From the IMG/VR virus record IMGVR_UViG_3300028638_000008, positions 1-64,000 of that record: 64,000 nt of DNA. The stretch is one strand, 5' to 3'. Shown one piece after another: positions 10,302 to 18,707 of this stretch. Numbering within the stretch: the stretch's first letter is position 1; every line of letters starts with the position of its first letter. The translations under genes and the position numbers were made by a program. Source of the DNA: a virus (Duplodnaviria > Caudoviricetes). Below the pieces are notes generated by a model. That model saw only the letters and a program-made list of their open reading frames with translations. It was not told the origin of the DNA and did no database searches.

Positions 10302-10330
10302 ATATTAACACTTTTAAGTGCTCATGTCAA
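10302..10330 (-). promoter_or_regulatory. Promoter of the cro-like/replication operon, with a palindromic operator in the spacer
   Basis: TTGACA-17nt-TAATAT; CACTT-TT-AAGTG at 10309-10320. Confidence 0.7.
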
Positions 10331-10360
10331 TTTAAATTTTCAAATTATTTTGCGCTTTCA

Positions 10361-10387
10361 AAAAAAATACCCCGCCGAAGCGGGGTT
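10361..10387 (-). terminator. Intrinsic terminator
   Basis: CCCCGC-CGAA-GCGGGG plus T-tract on the minus strand. Confidence 0.7.
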
Positions 10388-10446
10388 AAAATGAGCACAA
10401 GACCAAAAAATATTTTAAATTATAAAAATACAGCCACGACACAACA

Positions 10447-10653
10447 TTATTTTATACATACGCCATCGGAGTTCATTCCATTTTTAATAAGTTCTATAAT
10501 GGCTGATTCTGGTATTCTCCACGCCTTATGACTTATTTTTGTTCCCCTAAGTAATCCCGACCTCAAAAGACTTCTAATGTGCCAGTCGTTTAATGTTAAC
10601 CGCTCTGCCGCTTCTTTAACAGTTAAAAATCGCTCGTAATCATTTTTTGTCAT
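10447..10653 (-). CDS. Excisionase-like MerR-type HTH protein
   Basis: FLTVKEAAERL...IRSLLRSGLLRGTKI...WRIPESAI; RBS before 10653. Confidence 0.75.
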   Translation of the reverse strand: MTKNDYERFLTVKEAAERLTLNDWHIRSLLRSGLLRGTKISHKAWRIPESAIIELIKNGMNSDGVCIK

Positions 10654-10681
10654 ATAAATCTCCTTTTTTGCATTATAAGCT

Positions 10682-10710
10682 ATAATATAACATTGTATAA
10701 ATAAAGTCAA
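10682..10710 (-). promoter_or_regulatory. Promoter of the xis-like gene
   Basis: TTGACT-17nt-TATTAT. Confidence 0.65.
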
Positions 10711-10794
10711 CATATTTCTTAAAAATCTTCAAATTAAAATAGGCCACTCACTCAATCTGTGATAAAATAAAAATATACAATCAATGGGGGTATT

Positions 10795-11268
10795 ATGCGA
10801 ACTACCGAAGAAAAAAAAGAAATTTTGCAGAAAGTTGTTGACTTTTTGAAACAGGGCTACCCGGTAACGGGCAAAGGTTCAGCCGCAGAGCTTGCAGGCG
10901 TGAATTATGTAACGATTTACAACTACTTGCGCGACTTGCCCGAAATGCAGGTTGAGTATCAAAAGGCAAAGAAGATTTTGCAGGCTTCGCGCAAGGCAAG
11001 CGAGAAACGCATGGGCGTTGCTCAAAAACGCGATTATCTCAAAAAGATTATCGCCTACATTGCTGATGGTTGCAGCGTTAGAGGCAAACATAGCGCGGTA
11101 TTACTTGCTGCCAAAGACTTAAACCTGCCGATTGTTCACTGGCAGACTGTTTTCGTTTGGCTCAGGCGCGATTTTAAAGACCTTTACGACACTTACCGGG
11201 CTGCAAAAGAAGCGCGTAAAAATTATAAATTGCGCGAAAAAGCCGCCTGTGGTAAAATTACCTCATGA
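10795..11268 (+). CDS. Protein with two tandem terminase-small-like HTH repeats
   Basis: Two ~65-aa repeats; the second (IADGCS...TVFVWL...Y..AKEAR) resembles the Sf6-type TerS N-domain. Confidence 0.5.
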   Translation: MRTTEEKKEILQKVVDFLKQGYPVTGKGSAAELAGVNYVTIYNYLRDLPEMQVEYQKAKKILQASRKASEKRMGVAQKRDYLKKIIAYIADGCSVRGKHSAVLLAAKDLNLPIVHWQTVFVWLRRDFKDLYDTYRAAKEARKNYKLREKAACGKITS

Positions 11269-11798
11269 ACATAGAATATTTTAAACTTGCCGAAATTAAG
11301 CCATACGAGCAAAACCCGCGATTGAACGACGCGGCGGTTGATGCTGTTGCAAAATCTATCGCTGAGTTTGGCTTTGTTCAGCCGATTTGTGTTGATAAAG
11401 ATATGGTTATCGTTATCGGCCACACTAGATTTCGCGCTGGTAATAAGCTTGGCCTGAAAACCGTGCCCGTGATTAAGCTCGACCTGCCCGACGATAAAAT
11501 CAGGCAGTTACGGCTTATCGACAATTCAACTCACGACTTATCGGCATGGGATATTGAAAAGCTACTTGCAGAAATGGAAGCAATGCCAGAGGTTGATTTT
11601 ATCAACTTTGGACTTGATATTGACGCGATAATGGCTGATTCTCAGGGCATTGTGGCCGACCCGGACGAAGAATCACCCGAAGATGGCCGCAAGCAGAATG
11701 ATAGGATTACGGTTATTATCGACGATATGACGCAGAAGGCTGAGATAAAAGAAGCCGTGGAATCGGCTATATCAGGCTTTTCGGCGCATGTAAAATAA
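11265..11798 (+). CDS. ParB/Srx-like N-terminal domain protein
   Basis: IKPYEQNPR...SIAEFGFVQPI.VD....IGHTRFRA. Confidence 0.8.
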   Translation: MNIEYFKLAEIKPYEQNPRLNDAAVDAVAKSIAEFGFVQPICVDKDMVIVIGHTRFRAGNKLGLKTVPVIKLDLPDDKIRQLRLIDNSTHDLSAWDIEKLLAEMEAMPEVDFINFGLDIDAIMADSQGIVADPDEESPEDGRKQNDRITVIIDDMTQKAEIKEAVESAISGFSAHVK

Positions 11799-11813
11799 TT
11801 AAGGCGGTGTGTT

Positions 11814-12305
11814 ATGGCTGGAAAGCCGAAGGAAGGCTCTGGAAAGGGCGAAAAGAATCTTGGCGGCGCTAAGATTAAGTATAATGATGATTTTCCCTTG
11901 CTCGCAGAAGCGTTTGCAAGGCGTGGTTTAAGCGATGAGCAGATTGCAAAGAATCTGAACATCAGCCTTGAAACATATTATTCTTATCAGAAGCGGTTTC
12001 CAGAGTTTTTAGAGGCAATTAAAAAAGGCAAGGGGCCGGTTGATGTAGAGGTTGAAAATGCCCTACTTAAAAACGCTCTTGGCTTTGAGTATGAAGAAGT
12101 GCATACTGAAATAACAAAAAATGGCGATAAGCAAAACGTAAAAAAACGAATTGTTAAAAAATATCAGGCTCCGAGTTTGGGCGCTCAGATTTTTTGGCTC
12201 ATAAATCGCTTGCCCGATATTTGGCAACAGCGCAAAGAAGAACAAAAGAAAGATAACCTTGAAGAAATCAAGACAACTCTTGCAGAGTTCGTTAAATCGC
12301 TTTAA
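11814..12305 (+). CDS. terS: Terminase small subunit
   Basis: GLSDEQIAKNLNIS..TYY.Y...FPEFLEAIKKGK..VD.EVENALLKNALG; position upstream of terL. Confidence 0.7.
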   Translation: MAGKPKEGSGKGEKNLGGAKIKYNDDFPLLAEAFARRGLSDEQIAKNLNISLETYYSYQKRFPEFLEAIKKGKGPVDVEVENALLKNALGFEYEEVHTEITKNGDKQNVKKRIVKKYQAPSLGAQIFWLINRLPDIWQQRKEEQKKDNLEEIKTTLAEFVKSL

Positions 12306-12316
12306 ATGGGGAGTTT

Positions 12317-12832
12317 ATGAAAGAAACTAAGTTGAAGGTTGAATATAAATCAGTTGATAAGTTAATACCGTATGTAAATAACGCGAGAACTCACGACGAA
12401 AAGCAGGTTACACAAATAGCCGCTTCAATAAAGGAGTTCGGCTTCAACAACCCGATTTTGCTTGATGGCGATAATGGCGTTGTGGCTGGTCATGGGCGTT
12501 TGATGGCAGCAAAGAAATTAGGGCTTAAAGAAGTGCCTTGCATTGAGCTTTCGCATTTAACTGAAGTGCAGAAAAAGGCGTATATTTTGGCCGATAATAA
12601 ATTGGCGCTTAATGCAAGTTGGGATAACGAACTACTTGGGTTAGAATTAAAGGCGCTTACAAATGCAGATATTGATTTGATAAATCTTGGGTTTGATGAA
12701 TATGAAATTCAATCATTAACGGGCAATTCAAGCAATGTCGATTTGAATAGTTTTTTTGAAAATTCTGAATCAACTTCAAAAAAACCAAAAACTACAAAAT
12801 GCCCATCATGCGGCGAGGAATTTGAAATATGA
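12317..12832 (+). CDS. ParB/Srx-like protein with C-terminal CxxC
   Basis: LIPYVNNARTH...IKEFGFNNPIL...AGHGRL...YILADNK; ends KCPSCGEEF. Confidence 0.8.
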   Translation: MKETKLKVEYKSVDKLIPYVNNARTHDEKQVTQIAASIKEFGFNNPILLDGDNGVVAGHGRLMAAKKLGLKEVPCIELSHLTEVQKKAYILADNKLALNASWDNELLGLELKALTNADIDLINLGFDEYEIQSLTGNSSNVDLNSFFENSESTSKKPKTTKCPSCGEEFEI

Positions 12833-13473
12833 AAAAAAATGGTATAATTATTTTGTCTGGCGGGATGGACAGCACAACTCTTTTATATGATTTTAAAAAA
12901 GATATCGCGTTGGCATTATCTTTTGATTACCAATCAAAGCACAATAAAAAAGAGCTTGCTTTTGCAAAATACCATTGTCAAAAACTTGGCATTAAACATT
13001 TTGTTATTAATCTTGATTTTATTGACAAATTTTTTGCATCTTCTTTGTTAAAATCTGGAACCAATATTCCTGACGGACACTACGAGGATGAAAACATGAA
13101 ATCAACGGTCGTGCCCTTCCGAAATGGCATCATGCTTTCGATTGCAGCGGGAATTGCGGAAAGCAACGGGTTAAGCAATATTTACATTGGAAATCATGCT
13201 GGCGACCATGCTATTTATCCAGATTGTCGGCCGAATTTTATTAATTATATGTCTGATGCAATAACTGCGGGAACTTATGTTAAGGTAGAAATAAAAGCAC
13301 AATATACCAATATTAATAAAAGACAAATCGCATTAATTGGCAAAGAACTTGGTGTCGATTATAGTAAAACATGGACTTGTTATAAAGGTCGTGACAAACA
13401 TTGTGGAAAATGTGGCAGTTGTGTGGAGCGACAAGAAGCCCTCAATGGGTTTGATACAACGGAATACGAATAA
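12829..13473 (+). CDS. queC: 7-cyano-7-deazaguanine (preQ0) synthase
   Basis: SGGMDS, VPFRN, YPDCRP, CY...CGKCGSC. Confidence 0.93.
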   Translation: MKKNGIIILSGGMDSTTLLYDFKKDIALALSFDYQSKHNKKELAFAKYHCQKLGIKHFVINLDFIDKFFASSLLKSGTNIPDGHYEDENMKSTVVPFRNGIMLSIAAGIAESNGLSNIYIGNHAGDHAIYPDCRPNFINYMSDAITAGTYVKVEIKAQYTNINKRQIALIGKELGVDYSKTWTCYKGRDKHCGKCGSCVERQEALNGFDTTEYE

Positions 13474-14207
13474 TGAAAATTTTTTTGGCCGGTTCTGGAT
13501 GGGAAAAGACGTGTTGGGCTAATAGAGATTTTTTTGATTTTTTTCGTCTTGAAAGTTTTGCATATATTTCAACATACGAACGATCTGTTATAAATAAATA
13601 TCGTTCTTTTTTATTAGATAGTGGAGCATTTACATATCTTAATAAAAAGACGGGTGATGTGGATTGGCTAAAATACATTGAACAATATGCTGATTTTATA
13701 AAAAAGTATAATGTTGATTTATTTTTTGAATTAGACATAGACTCTGTTATTGGACTCCCTGCTGTTGAGCGACTAAGAGATATTCTTGAGGCTCGTTGCA
13801 ATAAAAAATGTATTCCAGTTTGGCATAAAAGCAGGGGGTTGGATTATTGGAAAATGTTGACTCAAAAATATGATTATGTGGCTATTGGAGGAATCGTTAC
13901 AAAAGAAATTAAGCCGAGTGAATACGATGTGTTTTTATCTCTTCTTGCCATTGCCAATTCAAATAATTGTAAGGTGCACGCATTAGGATTTACTAATTTA
14001 ATTGGATTAAAAAAATATCCGTTTTATTCTGTTGATAGCACAAGCTGGCTAAGTGGCAATAGATTTGGCTCTGTTTATTTATTTGATGGCAAAAACATGC
14101 AAAAACAAAATAAAAAGACAGGACAAAGAGTAATAACAAATAAGACCGCAATACATAATTTTAATGAATGGGTGAAATTTCAGCGGTATGCTGAAAAAAA
14201 TTTATAG
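13473..14207 (+). CDS. dpdA: DNA 7-deazaguanine transglycosylase (phage DpdA/TGT-like)
   Basis: LLDSGAF, FELD, PVWH, VAIGG, VHALG, SVDSTSW TGT-barrel motifs; embedded in que genes. Confidence 0.8.
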   Translation: MKIFLAGSGWEKTCWANRDFFDFFRLESFAYISTYERSVINKYRSFLLDSGAFTYLNKKTGDVDWLKYIEQYADFIKKYNVDLFFELDIDSVIGLPAVERLRDILEARCNKKCIPVWHKSRGLDYWKMLTQKYDYVAIGGIVTKEIKPSEYDVFLSLLAIANSNNCKVHALGFTNLIGLKKYPFYSVDSTSWLSGNRFGSVYLFDGKNMQKQNKKTGQRVITNKTAIHNFNEWVKFQRYAEKNL

Positions 14208-14216
14208 GAGTATAAA

Positions 14217-14546
14217 ATGTATAAAATACAAAAACGAATGGAAATTTCAGCTAGTCATAAGCTCAATCTTGACTATGATAGTAAATGTCGGAATTATCAC
14301 GGACATAACTGGATTGTTATTGTTTATTGTAAGGCAGAAAAATTAAATCATAATGACATGGTAATTGATTTTACTCATGTAAAAAGAATAATTCATGATA
14401 AACTAGACCATCAGTGTTTAAATGACCAATTAAGTTTTAATCCTACTGCTGAAAATATTGCTAAGTGGATTGTTGATAACGTAGATAATTGTTATCGCGC
14501 AGATGTGCAGGAAAGCGAGGGAAATACGGCTAGTTATGAAATATAA
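14217..14546 (+). CDS. queD: 6-carboxytetrahydropterin synthase
   Basis: SASH...CRNYHGHNW...LDH..LN...PTAEN...ES. Confidence 0.92.
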   Translation: MYKIQKRMEISASHKLNLDYDSKCRNYHGHNWIVIVYCKAEKLNHNDMVIDFTHVKRIIHDKLDHQCLNDQLSFNPTAENIAKWIVDNVDNCYRADVQESEGNTASYEI

Positions 14547-15096
14547 AGTTAATGAAATTTTTAATAGCTGGCAGGGAGAGGGGTTTTTTACTGGAACTCC
14601 GTGTACTTTTATTCGATTATCCGGCTGTAATCTTAATTGTGAATGGTGTGATACTGATTTTTTAAGCTTTTCCACTCAAAATATTGAACAAATTATGAAA
14701 AAAGCTGCTTATCGTTTTGTGGTTATAACGGGTGGAGAGCCTACCATTCAAAATATTCAACCATTGATTATTGCGTTGCAAGAAAAAAAACATTTCGTTG
14801 CGATTGAAACAAATGGATTGAATGCACCACCGATTTGTGATTGGATTTCGATGTCGCCCAAAAACGGACATTATAATAAAAATCATTTGGCCTACGCTAA
14901 TGAGATTAAGTTGGTTGTTGACAATTCAGACTTAAATCAATTATTAAACGATGTCGCAGAACATAAGAAAACTGATTTGGTTTGGTTGCAACCGGAAGGG
15001 AACAAGCAAAAATATATTGAACAATGTCAAAAAATAAGCTTGGTGACTGGCTATAGAGTTGGGCATCAGATACACAAGTTAAGAAATTGGAGATAA
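14536..15096 (+). CDS. queE: 7-carboxy-7-deazaguanine synthase (radical SAM)
   Basis: EIF.S.QGEG...FIRLSGCNLNCEWCDT, TGGEP, IETNG; likely start MKYKV at 14536. Confidence 0.92.
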   Translation: MKYKVNEIFNSWQGEGFFTGTPCTFIRLSGCNLNCEWCDTDFLSFSTQNIEQIMKKAAYRFVVITGGEPTIQNIQPLIIALQEKKHFVAIETNGLNAPPICDWISMSPKNGHYNKNHLAYANEIKLVVDNSDLNQLLNDVAEHKKTDLVWLQPEGNKQKYIEQCQKISLVTGYRVGHQIHKLRNWR

Positions 15097-15098
15097 AT

Positions 15099-15638
15099 AT
15101 GATAAAAGAAAGCATTAAAAACATATTAAAATCAATTGGCGAAGACCCGAATAGAGAAGGTTTAATAGATACACCGCGACGAGTAGAAAAGGCTTATGAT
15201 AAGTTGTTTGGTGGTTATAAACAATGCGCTTGCGATGTATTGAAAACATCTTTTAAAGAAGGCAGTTGTGATGAGATGGTTATTTTAAAGGATATTGAAT
15301 TTTATTCAACATGCGAACATCATCTACTTCCCTTTTTTGGGGTTATTTCAGTTGGATATCTGCCAAATAAAAAAGTCGTAGGAATATCGAAACTTGCTAG
15401 ACTTGTCGAAGTATTTGCTCGTAGAGCGCAAATTCAGGAAAGATTAACTGCTCAAATCGCAGATTCAATTATGCAAGAGCTAGAAGCTAGGGGCGCTATT
15501 GTAATTTGCGAAGCGCAGCATTTTTGTATGACTGCTCGCGGTGTTGAAAAACAAAAAAGCAAAATGGTGACAAGTGCTTTGCGTGGTATTTTTCGGCAAC
15601 ATATTGTTAGACAAGAGTTTTTACAGTTAATAAAATGA
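15099..15638 (+). CDS. folE: GTP cyclohydrolase I
   Basis: REGL.DTP.R, CEHHLLPF, GISKLAR, QIQERLT, HFCMTARG. Confidence 0.95.
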   Translation: MIKESIKNILKSIGEDPNREGLIDTPRRVEKAYDKLFGGYKQCACDVLKTSFKEGSCDEMVILKDIEFYSTCEHHLLPFFGVISVGYLPNKKVVGISKLARLVEVFARRAQIQERLTAQIADSIMQELEARGAIVICEAQHFCMTARGVEKQKSKMVTSALRGIFRQHIVRQEFLQLIK

Positions 15639-17051
15639 AGACATCAATCCCCAAATGGAAGCGTCGCCTCTGGAAGATGATAGACAACCCCGAAGGGTTG
15701 CGGTTTACTTTATCTGAAAAACGATACGAGGTTGTTGCGGCTGGCCGCCGCAGCGGTCTACGTTTGCCCTTGTCTTAATTGGCAAGGGCAGGCGTAGATA
15801 AATAAAGGCAAATCAGAAAGAGCGAAGAGAAAATTTATAAAAAAAGTATTGCGTGGCTCGAACTTTGAAGACCCGCGCTATGCTGTTTGCGCTCCGACAC
15901 AAGGTCAGTGCGTAAAGATTTACTGGAACGACTTTAAAGCAATGATACCGCCTGAGTTAATGGCAAAAAAGCCGAACGAATCTGATAAAGAGATTTATTT
16001 AATCAACGGCGCGACAATATTTCTTGCAGGGCTTGATAACCCGGCGCGCATTGAAGGCGCTCCTGTAGACGGATTTCTTTTCGACGAAGTAGATGATATT
16101 AAGCGTTCGGCATGGGAAGCTCACGTTTTCCCGTGTTTTATCGACAGGGGCGCTTTTGCGATGTTTTGCGGCGTGCCCAACGGTTTGCAGTATCTTTATG
16201 AATTAAGTCTTAACGCGGCAAAATACCCGGATGAATGGGATTTTTTCACTTGGAAAAGTGCCGAAGTTATCGACCCGAAAGAGATTGCAAATTTTAAAAG
16301 AATTTACGACGAAAGAACTTTTGCACAAGAATTTGAGGGTAGTTTTGTAACTTTCTCAGGTCGCGTTGCCTATGCCTTTGACCGCGAACACTACAAGCAC
16401 GAACTTGTTCATAGCTTACAAAAGCCGCTTGAAATCTGTTTTGACTTCAATAATGCTCCCGGTATCGCCGCAATCGTTCAAGAACAAGTAATGCCCGGCC
16501 AATTTGAATACATCGAAACAGGCAATGGCGTGATAAAATCGCCAGTTATTGGCTCAGGCGTAATCGGTGAAGTATGGATTCCTCGCCATTCTAACACGCT
16601 TCTTGTGTGCCGCAAGCTTTATGAAGATTGGAAGCACCACAAGGGCGAAATAATCTTCTACGGCGACCCGGCAGGCGGTAACAAAACTTCGCAGGGCGTG
16701 CAAGGTTCAGATTGGGATTTGATAAAAGATTTTTTTGAACAAACAGACTGGAAACACCGAATGAGCTTCGACGTGCCACGCGCTCACCCGTCAGTAAGGT
16801 CGAGAATTAACGCAATGAATTGTAGAATTAAGTCGATTGATGGTATAATAAGATTTATGGTTGACCCTGTTGCCGCGCCGCATGTTGTTGAAGATTTTGA
16901 GCGGCTAACGGTTCTTGAAGGCTCTAATGGCGAGATTGATAAGAACGCAAATAAGGCAATCGGGCATTTGTTCGACGCGGTATCGTATCGCGAATGTCAG
17001 AAATACCCGGTTGATGAAGCGACCCGCATTATAACGGTAAAAGATTTTTAA
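15635..17051 (+). CDS. terL: Terminase large subunit, coding sequence interrupted by a 52-nt insert (segments 15635-15757 and 15810-17051; ~454 aa if joined)
   Basis: ATG 15635 overlaps the folE stop and gives ...RYEVVAAGRRSG; the downstream frame resumes KSERAK...; Walker B DGFLFDE; RNaseH-fold CFDFN, GDPAG, HLFDA. Confidence 0.85.
15758..15809 (+). other. 52-nt hairpin insert in terL (candidate translational bypass or mini-intron)
   Basis: Stem 15757-15774 pairs with 15781-15798 using 3 G-U pairs; loop TTAATT; TAGATAAATAA; bounded by GGT (15755-57) and GGC (15807-09). Confidence 0.8.
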
Positions 17052-17060
17052 GGAGCGAAT

Positions 17061-18518
17061 ATGTTTAAAACCTTGCCTATGACTATCACAAGTGCCAAAG
17101 GCCCGGCTTATAAGCGGCAGGAACTTGAATGGCAGATGATTAACGCGCTGCTCGGTGGCACTGGCGCAATGCGGGCGCATGGTCAGACTTATTTGCCCGC
17201 GCTTGATAATGAAACCGATAAAAGATACAAAAAACGGCTGTCTAAGGCTGTTCTTGCGCCCTTTTTCAAGCGTGCCGTAGGCTTTTCTGCAGGCAAGGCT
17301 TTTTTCAGACCGATTACCGTTAGGGCGGTCGATGAGAAAAACACAATCAGCGAAAAAATGCAAGCAGTAATTGCAGACGCGAACAGAAAAAGCGATTCAC
17401 TGAACAAGTTTGCCGCTTCAGGCTTCAAAAACGGGCTTGCTAAGGGGTTAGGTTATATTTACGTTGAGGCCGACGCTTACGATGCAACCAAAATACGCAC
17501 AGAAGCAGATTTTAAAGCCGCAAACATCAGGCCGTATTTGCTTTTCATTCCCGCCGAAGATGTTCTTGATGCTGATATCGACGCAGACGGCAATATCATT
17601 TATGCAAAGATTCTTGAAAAATACACACAGTTTAACAATGAAACAAAAGCTACCGAAGAAACTACGCGCATACGGCTTGTGACTCAGAATTTTATCGGCA
17701 TTTATGAAACGCCGCAGGCTGTTACAGCTGCTTATAATAGCAAAGTCGGCACTTTCAGCTATTCGATGGTTGGTGAACCAATGATTAACGCTCTTGGCAA
17801 GGTGCCATTGGTGCCGTTTTACGCTGGTGAAAAAATCACCGAATTTGAAGCGGTCGGGCCGTTTCTCGATTTGGCTTATACAAACGTGCAGTATTATCAA
17901 GACGAAAGCACGCATGAAATGGCAATATCAACCGCTGAATTTCCGATTCTTGCGGGCAAAGGCAAGGGCTCTGATATTGAAATCGGGCCGCATAAGATTG
18001 TAATACTGCCTGCTGATGGTGATTTGAAATACGTCGAGCACTCGGGCGCGGCTCTTGAAGCTGGTCGAAAAAACCTCGAAGAATTGCGCATTAAGGCGGC
18101 TTATTGTGGCCTGAAGGCGCTTTCTGCCGATTCTACCGGCTCAAGCAAAACAAAAACGGCGTCAGAAGCCGAAATGGATTACATCGACAATAATTCAGAT
18201 TTGAAGGTTGCCGCTGACGCCTTTGAAGATTCGTTAAACATGGCATTGTGGTATGTTCAGCGATATTTGGGCGAAGTTAAAGACGACGAGCCTTCAAAAT
18301 ACATGGCAAAGATGAATGGCATGTTTTCGGTGACTGCAAGCGACGTGCAGGAAATTGGTTATTTGATGGAACTGAAAAACCTCGGCCAGATGCGCCTTGA
18401 GAACTTCTACAAAGAACTTAAACGGCGCGGCACGCTGTCTGATGATTTTGATATTGAGTCAGAAGTTGCTTTTGCTGATGAAAACGCCGATATTCCGGCG
18501 GGGGGCTCAAATGATTGA
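17061..18518 (+). CDS. Portal protein (DUF4055-like)
   Basis: LLGGT.AMR..G..YLP...E....Y..RL; directly after terL. Confidence 0.85.
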   Translation: MFKTLPMTITSAKGPAYKRQELEWQMINALLGGTGAMRAHGQTYLPALDNETDKRYKKRLSKAVLAPFFKRAVGFSAGKAFFRPITVRAVDEKNTISEKMQAVIADANRKSDSLNKFAASGFKNGLAKGLGYIYVEADAYDATKIRTEADFKAANIRPYLLFIPAEDVLDADIDADGNIIYAKILEKYTQFNNETKATEETTRIRLVTQNFIGIYETPQAVTAAYNSKVGTFSYSMVGEPMINALGKVPLVPFYAGEKITEFEAVGPFLDLAYTNVQYYQDESTHEMAISTAEFPILAGKGKGSDIEIGPHKIVILPADGDLKYVEHSGAALEAGRKNLEELRIKAAYCGLKALSADSTGSSKTKTASEAEMDYIDNNSDLKVAADAFEDSLNMALWYVQRYLGEVKDDEPSKYMAKMNGMFSVTASDVQEIGYLMELKNLGQMRLENFYKELKRRGTLSDDFDIESEVAFADENADIPAGGSND

Positions 18519-18699
18519 TTTAAACAAGTATCGTGAAGAAAAGACGCCGCATAAAGTTAGTGAGGTTATCTGTGTAAAGTGCTTTCACCGTTGGGTTGCG
18601 ATTAGGCCCGTCGGCACTTTACTGAAAGACTTGCATTGTGAAGGTTGCGGCGCGGGTTTTGTGATTGAAACGGGCGAAACAGAAGGATTTAACGATTAG
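18511..18699 (+). CDS. Small zinc-ribbon protein
   Basis: MIDLNKYR...CVKC...CEGCG; start overlaps the portal stop. Confidence 0.55.
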   Translation: MIDLNKYREEKTPHKVSEVICVKCFHRWVAIRPVGTLLKDLHCEGCGAGFVIETGETEGFND

Positions 18700-18707
18700 G
18701 GGTATTT

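Noticed and set aside
15757-15806. terL hairpin as an intrinsic terminator, group I/II intron or stop-codon reassignment
   Set aside because: No U-tract follows it on either strand; it is far too short for a self-splicing core; read-through cannot fix the frame change; and TAA/TAG/TGA end other genes normally.
15756-15807. The terL insert can be drawn with GT...AG ends like a spliceosomal intron
   Set aside because: The genome is bacterial-type (SD sites, sigma70 promoters). The GT/AG arises from the GG repeat at the Gly codons, so the boundaries are ambiguous.
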